Shown here: positions 10,701 to 21,039 of the stretch, one piece after another
How the letters are laid out: each line of letters opens with the position of its first letter
Position numbering within the stretch: the stretch's first letter is position 1
Assembly (NCBI GenBank): GCA_963706575.1
Contig: CAVPNL010000006.1
Location: forward strand, 640,001-704,000
Length of the DNA: 64,000 nucleotides
From: an uncultured delta proteobacterium
Lineage (GTDB): Bacteria > Desulfobacterota > Desulfobacteria > Desulfobacterales > JAHEIW01
Direction of reading: 5' to 3'
Translations under genes and position numbers: made by a program
Notes under the pieces: model-generated
The model's input: the letters and a program-made list of their open reading frames with translations, nothing else
What the model was told of the DNA's origin: nothing
The model's database searches: none

Positions 10701-11463
10701 ATTTGAAAAAACCAAAATGCTCATCACTAAATTAGGTGAAATTTCAAAGGATTATGCAAACGAAAACGGAACCGAATACGGATATACTCTGAAAATAAAA
10801 TTATTAATGCAATTTGGAAAGCTCCAGGATGCTCTTAGGGAAGTGGAGGAGGGCATTGCATTTCTGACGCAATCCGGGCGGGAAACCGGAATCATGCTTT
10901 ATCTTGGTTTTAAAGCCGTGATTCAGGTTCGATTGAAGGATTTTGACGGCGCCGAAAGGACACTGGCGCAAACAAGTGAGATTGCAGCAAAATCTATTCG
11001 CATCTTCCCAAATTACATGAGCAGCCCTCTTCTGGGACAGTTTTTATTGGATCTTCACTTTTTAGAACAGGCCATTTCAGAAGATAATGATTCAAATATT
11101 TCTCAATACAGCAAAATAGCTTACCAGAGCGGCCGGCGCGCCATCAAAAACTCAAAAAAATATGCTTTTGGCCGGGCTGAGCTGTTGCAGTTGATGGGCC
11201 TTTATTACTGGTTGATCGGTAAGCAAAAAAAGGCGATCGGCTTTTGGAAAAATGGCATCAAAGAGGCCGAGTTCCTCGGCGCAAGGGTCGAATGTGCAAG
11301 GATCTATATGGAAATCGGCAGACGTTGCCGAGAAATGAAGGCCATGGATTTGATATTAAATGATATCGATCCGGATGAATACCTGAAAAAGGCCAGAATT
11401 CTATTTGAAGAAATTGGCTTCCAGCAGGACCTGGATCAGCTGGACAAAATCATTGATGGTTGA
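7789..11463 (+). CDS. Class III adenylate/guanylate cyclase with double zinc ribbon, STAND/AAA ATPase and TPR-like tail
   Basis: CSKC/CIEC/CSNC/CEEC; VMFCDLEGFT, GDGILALFGAP, GDTVNLASRME; Walker A GEAGIGKS; EDMHWAD; GGNPFFIEE. Confidence 0.92.
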   Translation: MKCSKCQFENRVGVKFCIECGNGLEVRCSNCHHANRPESKFCEECGFTLSQTSAKAPEVLSFDEKLEKMKKYIPTGLAEKILSQRDKIEGERKQVTVMFCDLEGFTGLSEKLGPEESYTIMDQVYEILIHQVHDYEGTVNEMTGDGILALFGAPIALEDAPQRALRSALSIHREISKFNDRNKQKIPIKMRIGLHTGPVVVGTLGNDLRVEFKAVGDTVNLASRMESIAEPGTTYVTQNTFQLAEGLFEFEAIGKKKVKGKTELIQVYKLLGDKGDLYRPRLGSERMIFSRMVGRDELLDRLELQVMKAVNGMGSIVNIIGEAGIGKSRLVAELKKRDVMNRVAILEGRAISIGRNLSFYPIIDLLKQWARIREDDDKNVAYSKLEAAVRDLYPEKAGEIFPFVATLMGMKLAGAYAERIKGIEGEALEKLIFNNMRSLIIKATELSPMVIVSEDMHWADTSTIEIMEFLFQLVETHRVIFINVFRPDHPETGDRITASIKKSISRYYVELKIEPLDGKMSQELIRNMLNIGELKHAVIGQIVQRAGGNPFFIEEVVRSFIDENVVVLKNGKFEVTEKIEKTVIPHRIIDVLMARIDRLEEETRSLIKIAAVIGRNFFYRIIKAVANSVEDIDSKLVNLKDLQLVIERKRMEEIEYFFKHALVQEVVYDSILHKSRKELHLKVAHSFEKTFNKRLHEFYGILAYHYSRAEDPDKTEEYLIKAGEEALRSSASSEALTYYQQGLTLYRRKYGDAAEPEKLATFEKNIALALFNKGQMESAAEYFDKVLERWGAGSPKNKVIVALKAMYDLLGVILNLYFPSKKTRKVPTTRENEIFDLRFKKAVSLVNLDPVNCFIEFIGTLNKVIKFDTTKVKNGIAIWMSGSGLFSWSGVSFSLSRKILNYNKGIYDKLGDKEVLYYDLYELLHQSYVGDWLSVKKYDSDLVEKNLKIGEFWHVSTYLVFHGHISIGQGEFEKTKMLITKLGEISKDYANENGTEYGYTLKIKLLMQFGKLQDALREVEEGIAFLTQSGRETGIMLYLGFKAVIQVRLKDFDGAERTLAQTSEIAAKSIRIFPNYMSSPLLGQFLLDLHFLEQAISEDNDSNISQYSKIAYQSGRRAIKNSKKYAFGRAELLQLMGLYYWLIGKQKKAIGFWKNGIKEAEFLGARVECARIYMEIGRRCREMKAMDLILNDIDPDEYLKKARILFEEIGFQQDLDQLDKIIDG

Positions 11464-11602
11464 TAGACGCATTTCAAAATTGAATCAATTCATTAACTTC
11501 ATAGAGGACCCATAGGCATTTCAGATTCACCGCCCAACCCTTCATGCTCAGCATTTTGAATTTCAACAAATCCATGTTTTCTCAGCCGACAGGAAACATA
11601 CA

Positions 11603-12379
11603 GTGAGAAAAAGACTGCACAAATATTGGCCCCGGGTTTTGTACTGGTATGTCAGCTGTGTCGACAGGCGCGCCAATATTACTTTCCTGAACTACGGATA
11701 TTCCGATAACGGTCGGAAGATTAATCTACCGGCAGACCAGGAACCGGATCGTTACTCGATACAATTATACCACCATATAGCCAAAAATGTTGATTTCCGG
11801 AATAAGGCCCTGGTTGAGATCGGTTGCGGGCGGGGAGGGGGACTGTTCTACCTGGTAAAAAAATGGGCTCCCGAATCAGCCATCGGAATCGATATCAGCA
11901 AGGCAGCCATCAGATTCTGCAATCGTCATTTCAAAGAGGAACGGCTGTCCTTTTTACACGGTAACGCACAAAAGCTGCCTCTGGCGGATAATTCATGTGA
12001 TCTTGCAGTGAACGTTGAATCCTCGCATCGATATGAAAATTTTGGGAAATTTTTATCCGAAGTTCACCGGGTTCTGCGCAAAGATGGCGTGTTGCTGCTG
12101 GCAGATTATCGCAGCAGAAATAAAATGGATGGGCTTCGCAAGGATATAGAAGAAGCTTCATTTAAAATTGTCAAAGAAGAGTTTCTTAACAGGCAGATCG
12201 TGTCCGCGTTGAAAGAGGCTGGCGATAGGAAGCGGCAATTTGTAAAGATCGTGGCGCCATGGTTTTTATACACTTTTGGAGTGGACTTCGCCGATAAAAT
12301 TGAAGCGAAGTTGATTCAAAGATTTACCCATAAGCAAAAGCTTTATTTTAACTATACCCTGCAAAAGCAATCAGCTTGA
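11603..12379 (+). CDS. Class I SAM-dependent methyltransferase
   Basis: FLNYGY, VEIGCGRGGG, NVESSHRY. Confidence 0.88.
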   Translation: MRKRLHKYWPRVLYWYVSCVDRRANITFLNYGYSDNGRKINLPADQEPDRYSIQLYHHIAKNVDFRNKALVEIGCGRGGGLFYLVKKWAPESAIGIDISKAAIRFCNRHFKEERLSFLHGNAQKLPLADNSCDLAVNVESSHRYENFGKFLSEVHRVLRKDGVLLLADYRSRNKMDGLRKDIEEASFKIVKEEFLNRQIVSALKEAGDRKRQFVKIVAPWFLYTFGVDFADKIEAKLIQRFTHKQKLYFNYTLQKQSA

Positions 12380-12401
12380 TCGCTAATTTGCCGCTATGAG
12401 A

Positions 12402-13541
12402 TTAAGTCGACGGGGCTGTTAACTTCTTTTTAAAGATTCTCGAACGGCGCTTATTGATAACCGCGTACTTTACCCAGATTCGGGTTATGGTGGTATTGGT
12501 TTCAAGCTCCCGATTGGTTTCCAGATACTTAACCCCGTGTTTTTCCAGCGCCCGATGCATAGCCAGCGCCAGCATCGGGAAAATCTTGCGGGCATTGCCC
12601 TCCGGATGGACACCCGCAAAATAGAAATCCACTGTGTCATACTTCTTGAACCCCCGCAAAATATACCAGAATCCAAAGGGAAAAAGCCTTCCTCTGGTCT
12701 TTTTAAACGCCCGGCTTAGAGATGGAAGCCCCAGAAACAGACCCTGAAGGCGATCATGGCGATCGACGACCATCAAGAGAAAATCCGGATTCACAAAGCC
12801 GAAATATTTTTGGGTGTAATATTTTTTCTGCGCATCCGTCAGCGGGGTCACGCCGAATAGATGCGCGAAAGAAGCCTCCAGCACATCCCACCATTGATCG
12901 ACATATCTTAGAATGTCTTTCTTCTTTGTTAATTTTAGCAGCCTGTACCCTTCACTTTCGGCTGCAGCAACCCTTCTGTCCATCTTCTTGAAAAGCGGGC
13001 TGTCTTTGGGGAATTCCACCCGGTGTTCAAGGTAATCGACTTCTTTCTCAAGCCCAAAATCTTCAAGAAGCCTGCGATAATACGGGAGATTATAGCTACC
13101 GGCAATCGTCGGCACGGCATCAAATCCATCGATTAAAAGCCCTTCCGGGTCAAGATCCGAAAAACCGTGCGGGCCCGTGATTTCCCGGCATCCTTCCCGG
13201 ATAAACCACTTCTCGAGGTATCCAAGCAGGGCCCGCGCTGCATGCGGGTCATCAATGCATTCAAACCAGCCGAAACGGCCACGCTTGTAACCGAGCTTTT
13301 TTTCCTCGAGTTTGTGTATAATCCCGCAAACCCGTCCGACCGATTTTTCGTTTTGGCGTACCAGCAATAGTTTTGTATCGGCAACCTGAAAACAGGGATT
13401 GCGGTCTGCCGAAAAAAAATCCAACTCTTCGCGCCTGATCTGCGGTACGTAATTTTTATCGTTGCGATAAAAGCGGAACGGAAAATCAACCCATTCCTGC
13501 AACTCGGATTTCGTCTGGACTTCAACAATCGATAGTGTCAT
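12402..13541 (-). CDS. YghO-like GNAT-fold N-acyltransferase
   Basis: GRFGWFECIDD, GPHGFSDLDPEGLLIDGF, YNLPYY, ELETN; start placed at MTLSIVEV. Confidence 0.75.
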   Translation of the reverse strand: MTLSIVEVQTKSELQEWVDFPFRFYRNDKNYVPQIRREELDFFSADRNPCFQVADTKLLLVRQNEKSVGRVCGIIHKLEEKKLGYKRGRFGWFECIDDPHAARALLGYLEKWFIREGCREITGPHGFSDLDPEGLLIDGFDAVPTIAGSYNLPYYRRLLEDFGLEKEVDYLEHRVEFPKDSPLFKKMDRRVAAAESEGYRLLKLTKKKDILRYVDQWWDVLEASFAHLFGVTPLTDAQKKYYTQKYFGFVNPDFLLMVVDRHDRLQGLFLGLPSLSRAFKKTRGRLFPFGFWYILRGFKKYDTVDFYFAGVHPEGNARKIFPMLALAMHRALEKHGVKYLETNRELETNTTITRIWVKYAVINKRRSRIFKKKLTAPST

Positions 13542-13563
13542 TTTGCAAATTCGCTTGAAAATT

Positions 13564-14703
13564 CTAAGTTCTATCCCAACCATCCATGAGGACGCGCAGC
13601 GCATTTGTTTTAAATATTTTTTCGATTTCCGGATCCGAGAAGCCTGAATTATTTAGTTCGGACTGAAGATCCGGGAACATGGCCGGATCATTGATGTCAT
13701 CCGGAGGGTCTGTAAATCCATCGAAATCAGTACCAATGGCCACGTGATCGATGCCGGCGATATTTACCATGTTTTTGATATGGTCGGCAGTATTGGCAAT
13801 GAGATCCAGGCCGTCTTTGGGTGGATTGGGAGACTTCAACCAGTAGGTATAGAAAATGATGCCCACAACGCCGCCACTATCGGCGATTTTTTTGATTTCA
13901 TCGTTAGTGGGATTCATCGGGTGCGAATTCATGTCATGAACACCGACGTGGGACATAATCAGGGGGCGTTGATTGTTATTCAGGTTAAAAATTTCAGTGC
14001 GGGCCGCCGGCGTACAATGGGTCATATCGATGATCATACCCAGCTGGAGCATCTTATTAATAACGTCTACGCCAAAGGGAAACAGGCCACCCTCCTGAAT
14101 TCGCTGATTTTGGAAGCAACCGAATGATTGGAAATCCGGAGGTATGCCCCCCACGCATTGGGTGGCTTCATTTTCATAAACATGCGCGGGCGTCAGCATG
14201 CACACCCCCTTGTTAAATAATTTTTCGAGATTTTCAATTTTACCTTCTAACGTATGGGCGCCCTCTACAGCATGCAAAAAGACGATTTTATCAGAGGCAA
14301 GCGCCGCCTGTAATTCGGTTTTGGTATTCGCAATCGTCACCTGGCAGCCATTTTGCTGCGCTTTTTCTACAGCCTCATTGAATAGATTGATCATCTTTTT
14401 GGTAACCTTGTAACGCTTTCTTTTGAGCATCTTTTTCCAGCGGCCGATAAACAGGCCTCCCACCGACAAACCTGACTTTATCAACCAACAATCATCGATC
14501 ATCTCTTTTTCCAGCACGTAATGGCTGCATATGAGAGTTTGCACGCCGCCGGCTTTCATTTTTGGCAGGCTGGCCCTCAGAGTCAGAGGATTCCAGGCAC
14601 CTCCGGCCGGATAATTTTTATATAGCTTTTTTTTAAAGAGATAGACCTTGAGTGATGGATGGGCGTGCAGGTCGAACACAGGTTGGGTAATTGAGTTGGG
14701 CAT
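13564..14703 (-). CDS. Membrane dipeptidase (peptidase M19 family)
   Basis: DLHAH, AVEGAH, DMTH, MSHVG, IGTDFDG. Confidence 0.88.
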   Translation of the reverse strand: MPNSITQPVFDLHAHPSLKVYLFKKKLYKNYPAGGAWNPLTLRASLPKMKAGGVQTLICSHYVLEKEMIDDCWLIKSGLSVGGLFIGRWKKMLKRKRYKVTKKMINLFNEAVEKAQQNGCQVTIANTKTELQAALASDKIVFLHAVEGAHTLEGKIENLEKLFNKGVCMLTPAHVYENEATQCVGGIPPDFQSFGCFQNQRIQEGGLFPFGVDVINKMLQLGMIIDMTHCTPAARTEIFNLNNNQRPLIMSHVGVHDMNSHPMNPTNDEIKKIADSGGVVGIIFYTYWLKSPNPPKDGLDLIANTADHIKNMVNIAGIDHVAIGTDFDGFTDPPDDINDPAMFPDLQSELNNSGFSDPEIEKIFKTNALRVLMDGWDRT

Positions 14704-14937
14704 TTTTACCTCCTTTTGTTTATTGCCCTGGTGCCGAATTCACGAATCCGGGTCGTCCAGAGGGTAGCTATCATTTTAGTTTAGCTGTAACTTTTGGAAG
14801 TAAAAAACAGGATTTGGGGTATGATCCTTTCATGTGTTTATAAGCCTGGTTTTAGGGATAAATCAAGACCAAAAGCCCAACTCGTTCTTTGGCCTCATAT
14901 ATAAATAAAGCCAGCTAGCCTGTCTTTAGTTCTGTCG

Positions 14938-15000
14938 TTAAAAAATCAAGCTGACGTGAAGCTATTTGCCGACGCGCTGCGCAAGGCCGGGCTCCCTACC
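14938..15000 (+). pseudogene. Possible remnant of the C-terminus of an adenylate cyclase/TPR protein
   Basis: Reads LKNQADVKLFADALRKAGLP, like the ..LRKAGL ends of such proteins; no intact upstream ORF. Confidence 0.35.
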
Positions 15001-15162
15001 TTAAGCAAAATTATGCCGGCTGCCATGACCTGCCCAAATTAAGTGATTTGCAGCCCGTCAAACTTTAAAAAGGTGTTGACCCACAGGCATCGTTTTGACA
15101 TAGTTTTTTTTCTGAAAAATGATAGTTCCTATCTCTAACAAATATAAAAATAGGAAACTATT

Positions 15163-17046
15163 TTGGAAAATAAACTAGACAAAGCACCTTTCTCTTTCCT
15201 GCCGGAAAAGGCAAAAGAAGATCTTTTGAGTCATTTTTCCTCTGAAACAATAAAAAAAAACTCCATACTTCTGGTCCAGGAAATAACGTCGATTGAAAAA
15301 TTCTTGGTTCTTTCCCGGGGATCTGCTCAATATTATTTTGAACAGAATAATGAAAAAACCCTTCAGGGCCGATTAAATGAAGGCGACAATTTCGGGGGCA
15401 TCTCGATCCTGCTAAATGATGCTGTGACCATAAGGACATTGAAGGTGCTTGAAGATTCAGTTTTTTTAAGTTTGGATGCTAATATTTTTTTAAAGGTCTG
15501 CACAGAGTTTGAAGAATTTAAAGCCTATTTTACCAATGCCTTTGGAAAGTTGATGCTGAATAAGTCCTACGCCGGTATTATTGCACGACAGATAAAGGAT
15601 AAGGAATTTAATTTACCTTTTTTTAACCAGCCCATTTCAGCAATTTTCAGGCCCAATATTGTCACCTGTCCACATGATGCAACCGTTAGCGAAGTTGCTC
15701 AAAAAATGGCAAAAAACAATTCAGGGTCATTATTCATAAAGGATGAAAAAGGAAAAGTTGATACCATAATAACAGATGCCGATCTAATAAAGAGTACCTT
15801 AGCCGAAGGGCTGGGCGATGGAGATCCTGCCTCAGCCATTGTATCATACCCCGTTGTTTCAGTTCCTGCCGATTCCCAGGTTTTTGAAGCCTTTATCACC
15901 ATGACTGTAGAAGACAAGAAGCATCTGGCAGTTTCCAGCAAAGCCAATGATATTATCGGCACGATCTCCGATAAAGATTTGATCGCTGCCCAGGCGAATT
16001 CCACATATCTTCTCATCAAAACCATAAAATCAGCTAAAAATGTCGATCAACTTGAAAACATGCACTCGAAAATGGCTTTAATGCTTCTTGACCCCATTCG
16101 AAACGGCGCAAATCCCGAATATGTCACACGGCTGATCACCTCATTTTCCGATGCTATTCTGGATAAAGTCATTGAATTCAGCATTGCAAAGCTGGGCAGC
16201 CCTCCCTGTAAATTTGCCTTCATGATCATGGGCTCAGAAGGTCGTGAAGAGCAAACCCTTGTTTCTGACCAGGACAACGGCATTGTTTACGAAGACCTTG
16301 AAAATGATAAAGACAAGGCATATGCATCAGAGTATTTCGGCAAACTTGCCGGGCTTGTGTGTAACCAGCTCAATACTGCCGGATACAAGTTTTGTGCTGG
16401 CGATTGCATGGCTAAAAATCCCAAATGGTGTCAGCCGCTGTTAAATTGGAAAAAGTATTTTCACAACTGGATCTATCAAGGATCGAATGAAGATCTTCTT
16501 CATTCAAGTATTTTTTTCGATTTCAGAGGGGTTTGGGGAGATCTGGAACTAACAGATCAACTGAAATCATTTCTTCTTGATTCTGTGCAAAAAAGGTCTG
16601 GATTTTTAAGGCATTTAACAGAAAATGCATTACATTTTAAACCACCCATAGGTCTGTTCGGCAAACTGCTTGTCGAATCCAATGGGGAACACAAAGATTC
16701 TTTAAATATTAAATGGGCCATGCAGCCGATTGTTGACCTTGCACGGGTCTATTCCTTGAAACACGGCATTGTTCAAACCAACACCCTCACCAGACTTTTC
16801 AGACTGTATACAAAAAACGTATTTAGCAATAAACAGTATATTGATCTGGTACAGTCCTACAACTATGTGATGCATTTGAGATTCTTGAGACAGATTACCA
16901 CGATCATCGATGAAGAAAAACAGCCTGACAATTATATCAATCCGAATAATCTTTCTTATCTTGATACGGCCATGTTAAAAGAAGTATTTAAAAAAATCGA
17001 ACAATTTCAAAAGAGTTTGCAAGCCGAATTTGTTGGAACGACGTAA
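15163..17046 (+). CDS. cNMP-binding + CBS + DUF294 nucleotidyltransferase-like protein
   Basis: GDNFGG cNMP region, CBS pair, MGSEGREEQTLVSDQDNG, IFFDFR. Confidence 0.9.
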   Translation: MENKLDKAPFSFLPEKAKEDLLSHFSSETIKKNSILLVQEITSIEKFLVLSRGSAQYYFEQNNEKTLQGRLNEGDNFGGISILLNDAVTIRTLKVLEDSVFLSLDANIFLKVCTEFEEFKAYFTNAFGKLMLNKSYAGIIARQIKDKEFNLPFFNQPISAIFRPNIVTCPHDATVSEVAQKMAKNNSGSLFIKDEKGKVDTIITDADLIKSTLAEGLGDGDPASAIVSYPVVSVPADSQVFEAFITMTVEDKKHLAVSSKANDIIGTISDKDLIAAQANSTYLLIKTIKSAKNVDQLENMHSKMALMLLDPIRNGANPEYVTRLITSFSDAILDKVIEFSIAKLGSPPCKFAFMIMGSEGREEQTLVSDQDNGIVYEDLENDKDKAYASEYFGKLAGLVCNQLNTAGYKFCAGDCMAKNPKWCQPLLNWKKYFHNWIYQGSNEDLLHSSIFFDFRGVWGDLELTDQLKSFLLDSVQKRSGFLRHLTENALHFKPPIGLFGKLLVESNGEHKDSLNIKWAMQPIVDLARVYSLKHGIVQTNTLTRLFRLYTKNVFSNKQYIDLVQSYNYVMHLRFLRQITTIIDEEKQPDNYINPNNLSYLDTAMLKEVFKKIEQFQKSLQAEFVGTT

Positions 17047-17058
17047 TAAAAGGGACCC

Positions 17059-17562
17059 ATGGAAAATACACAACCGCTAAATGATAAAAAGATACTTATT
17101 GTTGATGATGAACCCGATATAATCGAATCGCTGGAAGAGCTTTTGGAGGACATGTTTATGGTTGACTCAGCATCCTCATTTGAGGAGGCTGTCTCCTGCC
17201 TTAAAAACAACACCTATGACGCAGCCATATTAGATATCATGGGAGTTAGGGGATATGATCTTCTTGAAGCCACACACACTCTGGGAATTCCAACCTTAAT
17301 GCTGACGGCACACGCACTCAGCCCGGATAATCTGAAAAAATCAATTGAGCTAGGCGCCGATGCTTATATACCCAAATCTAAAATGGTGGATATTTCCATG
17401 TATGTAGAAGATGTTTTAATCTCTAGACAAGACAAGAGAAAAAATAATTTCAAATGGTATGCCAGGTTTATGCCTCTTTTTGACAAATTCTTCGGGGAAG
17501 GATGGAAGGACCCGGAAAAGGAATTCTGGGAAGAGTTTGATAAAAAACACGTCGAACAGTGA
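17059..17562 (+). CDS. Stand-alone response regulator receiver protein
   Basis: ILIVDDEPD, AILDIMG, MLTAHA, YIPK. Confidence 0.9.
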   Translation: MENTQPLNDKKILIVDDEPDIIESLEELLEDMFMVDSASSFEEAVSCLKNNTYDAAILDIMGVRGYDLLEATHTLGIPTLMLTAHALSPDNLKKSIELGADAYIPKSKMVDISMYVEDVLISRQDKRKNNFKWYARFMPLFDKFFGEGWKDPEKEFWEEFDKKHVEQ

Positions 17563-17595
17563 AACATTATTTCGGATGAGCAATTCCATTTTTTA

Positions 17596-17691
17596 TTAGA
17601 ATCCATCTCAAAAATAGGATTTTCGTTCAAGATTGCGGCGAGGCACCAACAAAGATATTGGGCCAAAAGACATTTTTGAGATGCGTTCTAA
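17596..17691. mobile_element. Short MITE-like element
   Basis: TTAGAATCCATCTCAAAAAT ... ATTTTTGAGATGCGTTCTAA inverted ends, similar to the 881-1036 ends. Confidence 0.55.
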
Positions 17692-17772
17692 TATTCTGGT
17701 AGTAAATTGAAGTCGAGGAAATATGGGTTGGCAAAGGCGTAAAATGAAAAACAGATTACAAGAGGAAAACCT

Positions 17773-18285
17773 ATGACTGAGACATTGAAGGGGAAAAAGA
17801 TTTTAATCGTTGATGATGAACCCGATGTTTTGGAAACTCTTTGTGAACTATTGGATATGTGCGTGATTGATTATGCCCGCAATTTTGAGACGGCCGAAAG
17901 GTTGCTTAAAGAAAATTCTTACGACGCAGCCATTTTCGATATTATGGGGGTAAAAGGGTATGATCTCCTTCAGCTGGCCAGAGGTAGAGAATTGCCTGCT
18001 CTAATGCTGACCGCTCATGCGCTTAGTCCGGATCATTTGGTGAAATCCCTGAAAGGGGGAGCCTTCTCATATATTCCAAAAGATGAAATGGTCGATATAG
18101 CCTTTTATCTAGATGACGCAATCCAGGGGAAATTAAAAGGTGATCGAAAATCCCAAAATTGGTTTGCAAAAATAAGCTCAGTCTTTGATAAAAAGTTTGG
18201 TTCTGATTGGCGAATCAAACATAAAAAGGCCCTAAAGGATTTCGATCTGACACATACCAGGGAAGAATTGGAAAAAATATTATAA
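17773..18285 (+). CDS. Stand-alone response regulator receiver protein (paralogue of 17059)
   Basis: ILIVDDEPD, IFDIMG, MLTAHALSPD, YIPK. Confidence 0.9.
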   Translation: MTETLKGKKILIVDDEPDVLETLCELLDMCVIDYARNFETAERLLKENSYDAAIFDIMGVKGYDLLQLARGRELPALMLTAHALSPDHLVKSLKGGAFSYIPKDEMVDIAFYLDDAIQGKLKGDRKSQNWFAKISSVFDKKFGSDWRIKHKKALKDFDLTHTREELEKIL

Positions 18286-18364
18286 GGAATTGCACCTCAG
18301 GCAATGAAATTGCTCGAGAGAGCTTGAATTTTGCACGCAGCCTGATCTAATTGAGTCCGGAATT

Positions 18365-18397
18365 AGGGGTTACAGCATTTGTCGTAACCCCTTTTTT
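18365..18397. terminator. Hairpin between convergent genes
   Basis: AGGGGTTAC...GTAACCCCT followed by TTTTTT. Confidence 0.65.
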
Positions 18398-18411
18398 GTC
18401 AGGCGATAGCC

Positions 18412-20838
18412 TTATTGCGGCTTTAAGGTCAGGGTGTGGCGGGTGTGTTCTTTAATTGCTTTGTCGCTGAACCACCAGTAAACTTTTTCACCATTCATGT
18501 AAGGCTCAATCTGATCGGTGGTGTGGGGGTCGAACTGGCGCCCGGACACCCCGCCGGGCAGCACCGCCAGGATTTTGTGGGGATCAGCCAGATCCACCAC
18601 CATCCTCAGGGAGGCGGAGACTTTGACTTTAAAAGGCCGGTTGAATTCATATATCCCACGGTAAAGGGTTTCTCCGGAGCCTGCTGCCGGATGGCTGCCG
18701 CCGCCCAGCCATTCCTTGCCGGCGCCTGATCGTCTGATAGGGCTCAAGAATTCATGGCGGTGCACTTTTCCCCATTGCCATTTTGTTGGATTGTCTCCCA
18801 AACTCGTGCGCATATATTTAATCGCATTCAATCCGGCCTGATGAAAGAGGTCATCCCGGGTTTCCTCGCGGCCACTGGTTTTGATATTGTCAAACCAGGA
18901 AGATTTGTCTTCGAGCACCATTTTCTGAAGCCGCTCCTGCCAGAAATACCAGTTGTTGAGCATTGTAATTGCCAGCTCTTCACCCAGGTCATCAGCGTAA
19001 ACCAGCAGCGCGAACTCGCGGTATACAGATTGGAACACCACCGGGGCAGTTTTGTCGGGATGGTCGCTGAAATCCCATTCAGCGAGGATTTGGCCCATGG
19101 TTTTTGTGTCTTCATGCGCCAGGAGCGCCCGGGCTATGATCGGTGAAATTTGCCTGGCCATGAGGTTGACCGTATCACGCTGGAAGCCCCAATGGTCCGC
19201 CACTGGTTTTTTGCCGGGAGCATCCATCAGCTCGCTGAGCCGTCGATAACGATAGGAAGGCGAAGCATGGGTGGTATAGTGATAGGGGTAATCCCGCTTG
19301 ACAGTCAGGTGGTTGCAGGTGCCGATCCAGCCGCGGGCCGGATTGACGGTGTGAGGCATGTCCTCCCACGGTATCCAGCCGGTCCAGTTATCTTTGGCGT
19401 CTTTGACGACATAGGGTACGAGGCTTTCACCCTGGGTGCGAACAGGGAGTTTGCCCGTGGGCTGCCAGCCGATGTTTCCCCGGGAATCGGCGAAAACAAA
19501 ATTCAAGGCGATTTGATTGACATCTTTAAGGGCGCGGCGGATTCCCGAAACTGTGCGGCACTCGATTAATCGTTCAAACCCGACCGAGGGCGCCATGGCT
19601 TCAAAACTCGACCAGCGCATGGATATCACTTTGTCTGTTTTCAATCCGGGCATAATACCGGAGATCACCGGTCCCCTGCGGGTCAGCCGGATTTGTATTT
19701 TCTCTTTGCGAAACCCGCCGGTAGCTGTTTTGTCTTTGATTTTCAAGTTTTCTTCGATGATCTCGAATGGTATGGATTTATCGCCTTCGAGGTAGTTGCC
19801 GGGTTCGTTCGGATCTACCGTTTCGATATAAAGGTCCTGGGTGTCGCCGTAGGAATTGGTCACGCCCACCGCAATATGTTCGGTCCGACCGACCGCCATT
19901 CCGCCGATGCCGGGAACCGTGACGCCGACCGCACGGATATGCGGCGTGATTAAACCGCAGGGGTACCAAATGCCCGGCACTAATGTCGTCTCCAGGTGGA
20001 CATCATTTGCCACAATAGGTTTGCCGGCCGGCGAAAGACGCGAGCCTCCGACCCAGTTATTGCTTCCAATTTTCAAAGGGCCGGTTTCTAAATACGAAAG
20101 AAGGTTTTCATCAAGTGCAGTGCCCAACCGGATAGCTTGAATAGATGGGTTGCTTGAATCCGTTGTTTGTGAGGGCTCATCGTCCGGGTTGATGTTTAGC
20201 GGAAAAATTTCGGCCGCCTTAGCCGGTCCCAGTTTTTCGACCAGCATCTGGGCAATGATTTCAGAGCTGATGTTACCCGCGCTGTTCCACCCCATGTAAT
20301 ATAAAATCATCAGGGAATCTGCGCTGTTCCAGGATGAAGGTCTTATCCCGGCCAGCTTGAACTCCAGATGGACGTTTTGCGGTCGGGTCTCGATAAAGGT
20401 ATTGATGCCGTCCACGTATTTCTGCATTAAAGCTCGCGTTTTATCATCGAGCAATTCGACATGCTTTCTGGCGTTGCGGTGGAAGCCCAGGGTTCTCATT
20501 TTGATGTCCAGGTCCCTGGCTTTTTCCCCGGCCAGCTCGGCAATACGGCCGGATGCAAAAAGCTTGGTCAGTTCCATTTGAAAAAGCCGGTCCTGAGCGG
20601 TCACAAATCCCTGGGCCAGCCACAGGTCCTCCATATTTTGGGCATAAATGAAGGCCATGCCTTTTTCATCACGATGGACGGTGACGGGTGCCTTAAGACC
20701 CGTTAGGGCTAAATTTCCTTTTTTGGTGTATGTGTTTAACGGCGAAGCACCGAAGGGATTGATGATGACGGCAACGGCAATAATGGCTGCAATAATTAGA
20801 ATTAAAACCAATCCGATAAATCTTTTTAACCACTTCAT
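18412..20838 (-). CDS. Penicillin acylase family (peptidase S45, Ntn-hydrolase)
   Basis: AQGFVTAQDRLFQM, GSNNW autoprocessing site, ANDVHL; N-terminal anchor. Confidence 0.92.
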   Translation of the reverse strand: MKWLKRFIGLVLILIIAAIIAVAVIINPFGASPLNTYTKKGNLALTGLKAPVTVHRDEKGMAFIYAQNMEDLWLAQGFVTAQDRLFQMELTKLFASGRIAELAGEKARDLDIKMRTLGFHRNARKHVELLDDKTRALMQKYVDGINTFIETRPQNVHLEFKLAGIRPSSWNSADSLMILYYMGWNSAGNISSEIIAQMLVEKLGPAKAAEIFPLNINPDDEPSQTTDSSNPSIQAIRLGTALDENLLSYLETGPLKIGSNNWVGGSRLSPAGKPIVANDVHLETTLVPGIWYPCGLITPHIRAVGVTVPGIGGMAVGRTEHIAVGVTNSYGDTQDLYIETVDPNEPGNYLEGDKSIPFEIIEENLKIKDKTATGGFRKEKIQIRLTRRGPVISGIMPGLKTDKVISMRWSSFEAMAPSVGFERLIECRTVSGIRRALKDVNQIALNFVFADSRGNIGWQPTGKLPVRTQGESLVPYVVKDAKDNWTGWIPWEDMPHTVNPARGWIGTCNHLTVKRDYPYHYTTHASPSYRYRRLSELMDAPGKKPVADHWGFQRDTVNLMARQISPIIARALLAHEDTKTMGQILAEWDFSDHPDKTAPVVFQSVYREFALLVYADDLGEELAITMLNNWYFWQERLQKMVLEDKSSWFDNIKTSGREETRDDLFHQAGLNAIKYMRTSLGDNPTKWQWGKVHRHEFLSPIRRSGAGKEWLGGGSHPAAGSGETLYRGIYEFNRPFKVKVSASLRMVVDLADPHKILAVLPGGVSGRQFDPHTTDQIEPYMNGEKVYWWFSDKAIKEHTRHTLTLKPQ

Positions 20839-21039
20839 ACCCGGCCTCCGCTGGTGACAATTCGGTGTCTGTACATCAATGGCAAATGGAAAGTGTTAGA
20901 TTTAATAAATCTTCATATTGAACATTGTCAAATAATTTTCTAACCTTATATTAATTAATATTTTTTTTCACGTTAATCTAAAGTTTAATCGCTTCGGAAA
21001 ATTTCTTTTTCTAAAAAGCATCGAACGAATAAGGGTTTT

